A stretch of 64,000 nt of DNA from contig JBBTCT010000009.1 in NCBI GenBank assembly GCA_038060895.1, forward strand, positions 368,082 through 432,081, read 5' to 3'. Positions 20,845 to 28,893 of this stretch are shown here, one piece after another; positions within the stretch are counted from its first letter, which is position 1; the number at the start of each line of letters is the position of its first letter. The DNA comes from Planctomycetota bacterium. GTDB taxonomy: Bacteria; Planctomycetota; MHYJ01; WSZJ01. The position numbers and the translations under genes are program-made. Below the pieces are notes generated by a model. That model made no database searches and was not told the origin of the DNA. It was given only the letters and a program-made list of their open reading frames with translations.

Positions 20845-22713
20845 ATGCGGGTCGTCCTGCTGTACTTCCTGGCCGCCGCGAGCGCTTCCGCACTCGACGC
20901 GATCACGACGGAATCGCTCCTTGCGGAGATGACGGACCTTGAGCGGCTCGCCCGCCCGGCGACGTACACCTGCCGGCAATTCTCGAGCTACGACCGGCTG
21001 TGCACGAAAGGGGACCCCTTCGCGAACGCGGACCGGGGGAACTACCTTCGGAAGGACGGCGACGCCTACGTGCTCGCCGAGGCGACCGGGCCGGGAGCGA
21101 TCGTGCGGATCTGGAGCGCGAACCCGGAGGGAACGCTGAGGATCAGGCTGGACGATCGCGAAGTGCTGAAAGCGGACTTCAAGTCGCTCCTCTCGGGCGG
21201 TGTGTCACCGTTCCTGGAACCGCTGAGCGGGATGCGGGCGCTGGGAGGCAACCTGTACTTCCCCTTCCCTTACAAGAAGTCCATGCAGGTCACCTGTTCC
21301 GTCGGCAACCAGTACTACCACGTCGGGGCGCGCGCCTGGCCCGAAGGCACCAAGGTTGTAGCGTACTCGCCGTACCGGATGCCGGACGCGGCGATCGAAA
21401 GGGCCCGCGCGGATCTCAAAGAAGGGGCGCCGGCGCCGAAAGACTGCGTACGGCGTGCTCTGGGGCAGGAGTTCGGCGGGCCGGGAACAATTTCGGAAAT
21501 CTCGCTGAAGGCTTCGGGTTCCCGGCTGCGCGAAGCGGCGCTGAAGATCACCATCGACGGGGAAGTCTGCGCCTGGGCGCCTCTTCCGGATTTCTTCGCG
21601 GTCGGGCCGGCACCTGTGTTTCTGTCGACGTTCGCGATGTCAGCCGCGCAGGACGGCACGCTGGTCTGCCGGTTCCCGATGCCTTTCGAAAAGTCGGCCC
21701 TGGTCGAGGTCGAACTTCCCGCCGACGGGGCCAGGGTCGAGGGATCGCTTCTCGTGAAGCCGGGAACCTGCGGACCCTTTCGCTTTCACGCCTGGTGGAA
21801 CGGGACGCTGAAGTTGAAGACGCGGCCGATGTCGGACTGGCCCGTGCTGAGAGGCGAGGGGCGCGGTCGGCTGGTTGGGACGGCGCTGGTGGTGCGAAAT
21901 CCCGTGAAGCAATGGTGGGGCGAAGGAGATGAGAAGATTTCGATCGATGGCGAGGCGTTCCCATCGACGTTCGGCACCGGGACGGAGGACTACTTCGGCT
22001 ATGCGTGGTGCGACACCGGGAAATTCAGCGCTCCCTATCACGCGCAGTCGCGCTGCGACGGCCCCGGCAACCGCGGGTGGACATCGGTCAATCGCTTCCA
22101 CATCCTCGACGACATTCCGTTCGAGAAGTCGATCCGTTTTGACATGGAGGTCTGGCACTGGGACGACTGCGTGATGGGGTATGCGACGACGGCCTACTGG
22201 TACGCCGAGCCGGGGTTCAGGCACGACGCGAAGGTGGCGCCGGTCGAAGCTCGTCTGGCGCCGCCGATGGAGCCTGCGTTTGCGGTGACGGGTGCGATCG
22301 AGGGCGAGGGGATGAAGGTCGAGAAGTGCACGGCGGGTGAAGCTGTGAAGCAGGACATGTCGGCATATGGCGAAGGGTGGAGCGGCGAGGCCCAGTTGTG
22401 GTGGAAGGGTGGGCGCGCCGGGGACGCGCTGACGCTCGCGTTCGAAAGTGCAATGGAAGGGAAGCGGATCCTGGCGATTGCGATGACGCAAGCGCCTGAT
22501 TACGGGAAGGTCCGAGTGAGCATCAATGGAGTCGTGGTGCTCGAGGAGGTTGATCTGCACGCGGGGACTGTGAAGAGGCTTCCGGAGGAATGTGTGACGG
22601 CGGAATTGAAGAAGGGGAAGAACGAGATTCGCATTCAGATCACGGGAACGAATCCGGATGCCGAGCCGGCGAATCATCTGGTGGGGCTGGATTACGTTCG
22701 TGTCGTGGAGTAG
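20845..22713 (+). CDS. Exported DUF2961/GH172-family glycoside hydrolase with C-terminal CBM-like domain
   Basis: Signal peptide, FSSYDR, GPGAIVRIW, WWGEGDEKI, FGTGTEDYFGYAW, TAYWY. Confidence 0.85.
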   Translation: MRVVLLYFLAAASASALDAITTESLLAEMTDLERLARPATYTCRQFSSYDRLCTKGDPFANADRGNYLRKDGDAYVLAEATGPGAIVRIWSANPEGTLRIRLDDREVLKADFKSLLSGGVSPFLEPLSGMRALGGNLYFPFPYKKSMQVTCSVGNQYYHVGARAWPEGTKVVAYSPYRMPDAAIERARADLKEGAPAPKDCVRRALGQEFGGPGTISEISLKASGSRLREAALKITIDGEVCAWAPLPDFFAVGPAPVFLSTFAMSAAQDGTLVCRFPMPFEKSALVEVELPADGARVEGSLLVKPGTCGPFRFHAWWNGTLKLKTRPMSDWPVLRGEGRGRLVGTALVVRNPVKQWWGEGDEKISIDGEAFPSTFGTGTEDYFGYAWCDTGKFSAPYHAQSRCDGPGNRGWTSVNRFHILDDIPFEKSIRFDMEVWHWDDCVMGYATTAYWYAEPGFRHDAKVAPVEARLAPPMEPAFAVTGAIEGEGMKVEKCTAGEAVKQDMSAYGEGWSGEAQLWWKGGRAGDALTLAFESAMEGKRILAIAMTQAPDYGKVRVSINGVVVLEEVDLHAGTVKRLPEECVTAELKKGKNEIRIQITGTNPDAEPANHLVGLDYVRVVE

Positions 22714-22946
22714 ATCCGTGGATCAGGGGGTGAAACGCCGGGCGAGTGTCAATTCTCCTGACGGACTTCGTGGCCTGCCGGCAAGAGTCCTGACAATTTT
22801 TCCAGGGGCCGGAACGGTTCGCCTTGATTGCGTCGCCATAAAGTCAATAGTTCCAATGGGTTGCGGGGTTAACAGGTCCCGCTCCGGCCATTCGAATCTC
22901 CGCGCGAACCGGCGAAACTTCCCCAAGTCCTGCGGGTTCAATTCCC

Positions 22947-23459
22947 GTGAGCTGCAAAGACCACGAAAAAAACCTCCTTCCGTTTCTCGACGGCCGGCTC
23001 GACCCCGGGGCCGCCGCCAACGTCGAGGCCCACCTCAAGGGCTGCCTCGCCTGCTCCAGCGAAGTCGCACGGATCCGCCAGACGTGGAATCTCCTGGGCT
23101 ACTTCCCGGGACGCAACGTCAGCCGACAGTTTCCCGCCCGCCTGCTCGAGGCCGCACGGATCCAGCTCGAGGTCGAACGCCGCTGGACCCATAAGCTCCG
23201 CCGCCACCTCCCGATCATCGCTTCCGCAGCTGTCGTCCTCCTCGTCTTCGGCGTGACAATGCTCCTGGGACCGTCGCACATCACCTCCGCTTACGACCGC
23301 GAACTCGCCAGTCTTTCCAGCGATGAGGAACGCGCGGTTGTCCAGAATCTCGACCTGTACGAGAACCTCGACACCGTCCAGAACATCGACGTCCTGGAAG
23401 ACGACCAGGTCGTCGAATACCTCGACCTCGTCACGAGCCTCAGCGATGAAGATTTCTAG
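22947..23459 (+). CDS. Zinc-finger (zf-HC2) membrane-anchored anti-sigma factor
   Basis: N-terminal Cys, LDGRL, HLKGCLAC (HxxxCxxC), a single TM helix, and an acidic NLDLYENLD tail. Confidence 0.85.
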   Translation: MSCKDHEKNLLPFLDGRLDPGAAANVEAHLKGCLACSSEVARIRQTWNLLGYFPGRNVSRQFPARLLEAARIQLEVERRWTHKLRRHLPIIASAAVVLLVFGVTMLLGPSHITSAYDRELASLSSDEERAVVQNLDLYENLDTVQNIDVLEDDQVVEYLDLVTSLSDEDF

Positions 23460-24060
23460 CGCCATCCTTACGACCATCTTCATGCTCGCCGCGCCTTTCG
23501 TCGGCGCTACTCAGGGGGATTCCACACCCGCAAAGCCCTCGGTCGAGGTCCTCCGCCGCAACATCGAACACTGGAAGTCGCTTCCGCAGACCGAGCGCGA
23601 GCGCATCAGGAATGCCTACCGCCAGTACCAGGCCCTCAAGCCCGAACAGGTCTCCGTCGTTCAGGACAACTTCCGAAAATTCCGGAATATGCCTGCAGAG
23701 CGCCGCCGTGAGCTGTCGAAGAAGCTGCAGGGCCTGCCTGCCCAGGATCGCGAGCGTGTGGCGCAGAAGCTTCGCGAGCTGCAGAACATGGGACAGGACA
23801 GGCGGAAAATGGCGATCGAGTTCGCGCGACTGGCGCATAGCCTGACGCCCGAGCAGAAACGCCAGCTGAAGGAGCTTTCCAGCCCGGAGGAGAAGAAGCA
23901 GTTCGGCCAGCGCCTGATGAGGGAGCAGGTCTTGAAGCGATACCTGCAAGACCTGTCCCCCGACGAGCGCGCCGCATTTCATTCGCTTCAACGCCCCGAG
24001 CAGAAACGCCGCCTCCAGAAGGACTTCAGGGATCGGGCGATGCGCGGCCCGCCCAAGTGA
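23446..24060 (+). CDS. Exported DUF3106-like helical repeat protein
   Basis: Signal peptide; repeats W/F..L.PE.R..L. Confidence 0.7.
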   Translation: MKISSAILTTIFMLAAPFVGATQGDSTPAKPSVEVLRRNIEHWKSLPQTERERIRNAYRQYQALKPEQVSVVQDNFRKFRNMPAERRRELSKKLQGLPAQDRERVAQKLRELQNMGQDRRKMAIEFARLAHSLTPEQKRQLKELSSPEEKKQFGQRLMREQVLKRYLQDLSPDERAAFHSLQRPEQKRRLQKDFRDRAMRGPPK

Positions 24061-24075
24061 GCGAGGAGGACCGAC

Positions 24076-24492
24076 ATGAAGCGGCTCTTTCTGGCCGGAA
24101 CAGCCCTCGCGATGACCCTCGCGGGGGCTTTTCCTTTGTACGCAGGGGATCGCGGTGAGGCGTGGGGGAATCTGCTGAGACGGTGCGACAGCCGGATGTC
24201 GCGGGCCGACGAACAGAAGCTCGGCCGGGCGCTCGAAAATCTGCCCGATCGCGACAAGGCGAGGTTGCGGGCAAGGCTGAAGCGGATTGAGCTGTTGACC
24301 CGGGCCTGGGTGCGCGCGGAACGCCAGGCGAAGACGGCGGCGGCAGCTCGGGCCGTGCTCGGGCTGTTCGGCGCTGCGCCGGGTGTGCCCATGAACCTCC
24401 GGCCGACCCTCGACTTCATCATGGAACTCAACGGGTTCGGAACCAGGAAGGAGCCGGGAATTCTCGGGAAGCGAGGGAAGAAGATGTTCTAG
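24076..24492 (+). CDS. Hypothetical exported protein
   Basis: GAGGAGG RBS and signal peptide; followed by a terminator. Confidence 0.6.
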   Translation: MKRLFLAGTALAMTLAGAFPLYAGDRGEAWGNLLRRCDSRMSRADEQKLGRALENLPDRDKARLRARLKRIELLTRAWVRAERQAKTAAAARAVLGLFGAAPGVPMNLRPTLDFIMELNGFGTRKEPGILGKRGKKMF

Positions 24493-24516
24493 CGTCGGGA
24501 CCGGGATACGACCCTG

Positions 24517-24551
24517 AAGCGACCCGCCGGATCCTGCGGGTCGCTTTTTTT
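24517..24551 (+). terminator. Rho-independent terminator
   Basis: AAGCGACCCGC-loop-GCGGGTCGCTT followed by a T run. Confidence 0.85.
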
Positions 24552-24687
24552 GTTGCTCCGGCACAGAGAGTGTCCGGGAATCAAATGTTGAGCGCGGGCC
24601 GTCCGTATTACAGTGGGCCGCAGAAGGTCGCCGGTGGCCTCTTGACGCGAGAAACCCGCGTCGCCTCGGATTTCAAAGGAGTCTTCC

Positions 24688-25995
24688 GTGATCTCCATAC
24701 TGCGCCGAGTTCTCTGTCAAGCCCTCGTCCTCTGCGCGGCATCAAGCGCTCTCGCGCTGGATCCTCCGGCCTACGTCCTCGCGCTGGATGAAACTTACAA
24801 ATGGTCCGCCAAGACCACTTCGCCGCTGGAAGGCGCCGAAGTAACGGTCCTCAGGCTGACCTCCCAGACCTGGCAGGGGATGAAGTGGCGCCACTGGATG
24901 CACGTCATCAAGCCCGCGAAGATCTCGCATCCCGACCAGGCGCTGCTTGTGATAGCCGGCGGGCGCAGCCGGAAAGAGGAGCCCGGCCCGAACTCCATGG
25001 AAGTCGGGCTGCTCCGGGACATCGCGATCCGCACGGGCTCGATCATCGCGGTTGTCGGCCAGATCCCCAACCAGCCGATTTTCGACGGAAAATCCGAGGA
25101 CGAGATCATTGCTTACACATTTCAGCAGTTCCTCGAGACAAAGGATGAGTCCTGGCCTGCACTTTTGCCCATGACCAAGGCGGCGATGCGCGCGATGGAC
25201 GCAACGCAGGCCTTCGCGAAGGAGCGTTACGACATCAAACTCGAGAAATTCGTCGTAACCGGTGCCTCCAAGAGGGGCTGGACGACCTGGCTGACAGCCG
25301 CCTTCGACAACCGCGTCGAGGCAATCGCGCCGATGGTGATCGATACGCTCAATTTCGAGCGACAGATGCCGCTTCAACTCGAGTCCTTCGGCAAGTTCTC
25401 CGAGCAGATCAAGGACTACACGGAGCTGGACCTTCCGAAGAGGATGCAGACGGAGGAAGGGAAGCGGCTGGTGCAGTTGATCGACCCTTACGCCTACCTG
25501 GACAAGCTGACGATGCCAAAGCTGATCGTGCTGGGGACGAACGATCGGTACTGGCCGGTGGACGCGGCGAAGATGTACTTCGGCGACCTGAAGGGCGAGA
25601 AGCACATTCACGAGGTGCCGAACGCGGGGCACGGGTTGGGAGCGGGCGTGATTGAGGCGGTTACGGCGTTTTACCTCGACGTGCTCGACCGCAAGGCCCG
25701 GCCAAACTATGCATGGAAGACGGCGGTGACCGGCGAGGAGTCGGTCACGACCCTGACGGCGACGGACCTGCCGGTGAAGGTTGAGCTGTGGACAGCTACA
25801 AGCGCTTCGCGGGATTTCCGGGATGCGAAATGGAGCGGCGAAGTAATCCCCGGGGATGACGGCCGGTGGGAGGCACGGGTCAAGCTGCCTGAGAAAGGAT
25901 TTGCGGCCTACCACCTGCGAATGACCTTTGAGGGCTCCGCCGGGCAGGAGTATGCGCTGTCCACCAATGTTGAAGTGATTGGAGCGAAACCTTAA
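24688..25995 (+). CDS. PhoPQ-activated pathogenicity-related (PqaA-like) alpha/beta hydrolase
   Basis: LTSQTWQG, PNQP, EDEIIAYT, PMTKAA, GASKRGWTTW, IDPY, GTNDRYW, PNAGH. Confidence 0.88.
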   Translation: MISILRRVLCQALVLCAASSALALDPPAYVLALDETYKWSAKTTSPLEGAEVTVLRLTSQTWQGMKWRHWMHVIKPAKISHPDQALLVIAGGRSRKEEPGPNSMEVGLLRDIAIRTGSIIAVVGQIPNQPIFDGKSEDEIIAYTFQQFLETKDESWPALLPMTKAAMRAMDATQAFAKERYDIKLEKFVVTGASKRGWTTWLTAAFDNRVEAIAPMVIDTLNFERQMPLQLESFGKFSEQIKDYTELDLPKRMQTEEGKRLVQLIDPYAYLDKLTMPKLIVLGTNDRYWPVDAAKMYFGDLKGEKHIHEVPNAGHGLGAGVIEAVTAFYLDVLDRKARPNYAWKTAVTGEESVTTLTATDLPVKVELWTATSASRDFRDAKWSGEVIPGDDGRWEARVKLPEKGFAAYHLRMTFEGSAGQEYALSTNVEVIGAKP

Positions 25996-25997
25996 GG

Positions 25998-26432
25998 ATG
26001 CCGACGCGGGAGGGCAATCCCAACTCGACGGCCTGCCTGTGTTTCGTTGATCTGGCCGAGCGGGGTTGTTCCCCCGTCAATGTGATCCCTCTTGCCGGAT
26101 ACCGTTGGGCAATATTCGAAATGGCTACACGAACAATCTGGATCGGAGGCCCTGGCGATACTTCGCACCTGACAGTGGCGGAAAGGGCCGGGGTTCTGAA
26201 AAAGCCCGTGGCGTACTACAGGCCCGGACCGGACGCCCAGATTTGTGGCGGCTACGTGGTCCGATCGGTAGAAGGCCAATTCATGTTCGATCCGTTCTCG
26301 GGCACATTCCCAGGAACTGTTGGGATGTGCCCGGAGGCAGACCATGTCCTTGCAATCTGCTGCGCGCGCGACGGAATGAAGTGGGCGCAATTTGAGATCT
26401 CGAAATCGCCTGGCCGCAATGTGCGCCCATGA
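25998..26432 (+). CDS. Hypothetical protein resembling a stand-alone polymorphic-toxin (type 43-like) domain
   Basis: Lower GC than the flanks. Pattern AIFE..TRTIWIG..SH..VA..AGV..CGGYV.R...G.F....SG recalled by eye only. Confidence 0.4.
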   Translation: MPTREGNPNSTACLCFVDLAERGCSPVNVIPLAGYRWAIFEMATRTIWIGGPGDTSHLTVAERAGVLKKPVAYYRPGPDAQICGGYVVRSVEGQFMFDPFSGTFPGTVGMCPEADHVLAICCARDGMKWAQFEISKSPGRNVRP

Positions 26433-26477
26433 ATTTCGCCGGGCGTTCGTCATCGAGCTGAAATCCGGCCAGCCTCG

Positions 26478-27158
26478 CTAAAACACAAACACGTTTCCCT
26501 TGTCCCGCAGGCTTTCCCACTTTTCCGGCTCAAACCGGAATAGCTTGGCCGGCCGGTGCGGCCCTTCCCGAGCCGTCTTTGTGAGCGGCTTCAGGATCTT
26601 GAGCGAGAGCAGCTTCCTCCGGAAGTTTCGCTTGTCGAGTGGCCTGCCGAGAATCGTCTCGTAGGCGTCCTGGACGCTCTTCAGGGTGAATTCTTCCGGT
26701 AGCAGACGGAAACCGACCGGCGAATACTCGAGTTTGTAGCGGAGACGCTGGAGGGCGAACTCGAGGATTTTCGCGTGGTCGAAGGCGAGAGGCGGGAGCA
26801 TTTCCATCTCAAACCAGTGGCCGCCGCCCGGTTGCGGGGCAGGAGGGCGAGTCAGGGCGATGTAGGCCACGCTCACGACATGGCCGCGCGGATCGCGGTA
26901 GGGTTCGCCGAACGTGTAGAGCTGCTCGAGGTAGACGTCGCGGAGGCCGGTTTCGGATTCGAGGATCCGCGCTGCGGCGTCGTCGAGTGATTCGTCCTTC
27001 CCGACGAATCCGCCGGGAATCGCGTCGCGGCCGGCGAACGGCTCGATGCGGCGATCCACGAGGAGGACTCGCAGGGACGGTGCGTCGAGCGCGAAGACGA
27101 TGATCTCGGCAGAGAGCCGGATTTCCTGGCGAGGGAGGGCTGCGGCGAAGCGAGGCAT
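26478..27158 (-). CDS. nrtR: Nudix-related transcriptional regulator NrtR
   Basis: Degenerate Nudix box GGFVGKDESLDDAAARILESETGL, EQLYTFG..RDPRG, LAFDH, C-terminal wHTH LPEEFTL..DKRNFRRK..HRPAKLF; downstream of nadE. Confidence 0.9.
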   Translation of the reverse strand: MPRFAAALPRQEIRLSAEIIVFALDAPSLRVLLVDRRIEPFAGRDAIPGGFVGKDESLDDAAARILESETGLRDVYLEQLYTFGEPYRDPRGHVVSVAYIALTRPPAPQPGGGHWFEMEMLPPLAFDHAKILEFALQRLRYKLEYSPVGFRLLPEEFTLKSVQDAYETILGRPLDKRNFRRKLLSLKILKPLTKTAREGPHRPAKLFRFEPEKWESLRDKGNVFVF

Positions 27159-27163
27159 TCCGG

Positions 27164-28852
27164 TCAGTCCTTTTTCCTGCGCCGGGGTGTCCGGGCGGGC
27201 TTCGTCTCGACGCGCAGTTCAGGCCGGTATTTCTGGGCGATTGGAAGCCGCCGGCCTGCGCCGAACGCGCGGGGAGTGACTTTGAGACCGGGCGGCATCT
27301 GCCGACGCTTGTACTCGTTGCGATCGACCAGCTTCACGACCTTTGCGACCGTCTCCGGGTCAAATCCGCGCTTCACGATCTTCGCCGGGTCTTCGTCGCG
27401 CTCGACGTACCGGGCAAGGATGGCGTCGAGAACCGGGTACGGCGGGAGCGAATCCTGGTCGGTCTGGTTCGCGCGGAGCTCGGCGGTCGGGGCCTTGGTG
27501 AAGACGCGCTCGGGAATCAGCACTTTCGCGCGGTTGGCGTGCCGGGACAGCTCGTAGACGAGCATCTTTGGCACGTCGCTGATTACCGCAAGGCCGCCGC
27601 ACATGTCGCCGTAAAGCGTGCAGTACCCGGTTGCGAGCTCGCTCTTGTTCCCCGTGGTCAGCACCAGCCAGCCGAATTTGTTCGAGAGCGCCATGAGCGT
27701 CGCTCCACGGATGCGCGCCTGCAGATTCTCCTCCGTCACGTCCGGCGCACGTCCCGCGAAAGCCGGCGACAGCGCGTCCAGGTAGGCGTTGAAGGGCCCT
27801 TCGATCGGAATCGTTCGGGCATCGACCCGCATCGCTTTCGCCATGAGGGCGGCGTCCTCGTTGGAGGCGTCGCTGGTGAAGCGGCTCGGCATGAGGACAC
27901 CGTGGACGCGGTCGGCGCCGAGGGCCTCGACGGCGATGGCGGCGACGAGGGATGAATCGATCCCGCCGGAGAGGCCCAGGACGACCTCCGTGAAGCCGCA
28001 TTTGCGGACGTAGTCCCGCAGCCCCAGGACGAGCGCGTCCCAGACGGCGGCTGTTTCTTTCGCGGGTTGCGGGCGGATCAGGCCAGGCCCTTCCTCGAGA
28101 TCGACGACGATGAAGTCCTCCGCAAAGGCCGACGCGCGAGCCAGCAGGCGACCCTTCGCGTCAAAAGCACACGATCTCCCGTCGAAGATCAGGTCATCGT
28201 GGCCGCCCACCTGGTTCACGAACACGAGAGGCGCTTTGCGCCGTTTCGCGATCGACGCGAGCATGTCCTGCCGGAGAGCGCCCTTGTTCATCCAGTAGGG
28301 AGAAGCGCTGATGTTGACGAGGGTTCGGGCTCCCTTCCTGGAGAGTTCGGCCATGGGGTCCAGGGCGTAGCTGCGCTTCGACCAGTACTCCTTGTCGTTC
28401 CAGGCGTCCTCGCAGATGGAAAGCCCCACTTTCTTGCCATCGATGGAAGCGACGCCGTCGGGGCGACCGCGTTCGAAGTAGCGCTCTTCGTCGAAAACGT
28501 CGTAGAAGGGCAAGAGGGACTTGTGGGCTACTCGGACGAGGCGGCCGTTGTCGAGGAGGGCGGCGGAGTTGAACAAGGGGCGACCGGTCCCGGTGTTGGG
28601 CTGAGCGAACCCGACGACGGCCGCAATGTTGCGGGAGGCGCGGCGGACTCGGTCCAGGGCGCGCAACTGTGCCCTGATGAAGTCCTGCTTGAGGAGGAGG
28701 TCGCGGGGCGGATAGCCGGTGAGGGAAAGCTCGGAGAAGACCACGCAGCGGGCGCCGCGTTCGCGGCCGTGCGCCAGGGCGCCGACGATGCGGTCGGCGT
28801 TGCCGGGGATGTCGCCGACCGTGAAGTTGATCTGGGCGAGGGCGATCTTCAT
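27164..28852 (-). CDS. nadE: Glutamine-dependent NAD+ synthetase
   Basis: Nitrilase-like domain (FSEL, K, ICEDAW) plus synthetase domain (LSGGIDS, ENLQARIRG, TGNKSE, TLYGDMCGG, EYKRRQ). Confidence 0.95.
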   Translation of the reverse strand: MKIALAQINFTVGDIPGNADRIVGALAHGRERGARCVVFSELSLTGYPPRDLLLKQDFIRAQLRALDRVRRASRNIAAVVGFAQPNTGTGRPLFNSAALLDNGRLVRVAHKSLLPFYDVFDEERYFERGRPDGVASIDGKKVGLSICEDAWNDKEYWSKRSYALDPMAELSRKGARTLVNISASPYWMNKGALRQDMLASIAKRRKAPLVFVNQVGGHDDLIFDGRSCAFDAKGRLLARASAFAEDFIVVDLEEGPGLIRPQPAKETAAVWDALVLGLRDYVRKCGFTEVVLGLSGGIDSSLVAAIAVEALGADRVHGVLMPSRFTSDASNEDAALMAKAMRVDARTIPIEGPFNAYLDALSPAFAGRAPDVTEENLQARIRGATLMALSNKFGWLVLTTGNKSELATGYCTLYGDMCGGLAVISDVPKMLVYELSRHANRAKVLIPERVFTKAPTAELRANQTDQDSLPPYPVLDAILARYVERDEDPAKIVKRGFDPETVAKVVKLVDRNEYKRRQMPPGLKVTPRAFGAGRRLPIAQKYRPELRVETKPARTPRRRKKD

Positions 28853-28871
28853 AGTGTCGATATTACACTAA
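28851..28871. promoter_or_regulatory. NrtR operator overlapping the nadE -10 element and start codon
   Basis: Palindrome ATAGTGT-CGATATT-ACACTAA (GT-N7-AC core, 21 bp). On the minus strand it contains TAATAT 7 nt before the ATG. Confidence 0.85.
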
Positions 28872-28893
28872 CTCGTGCGCGCGGACCGTTCCT

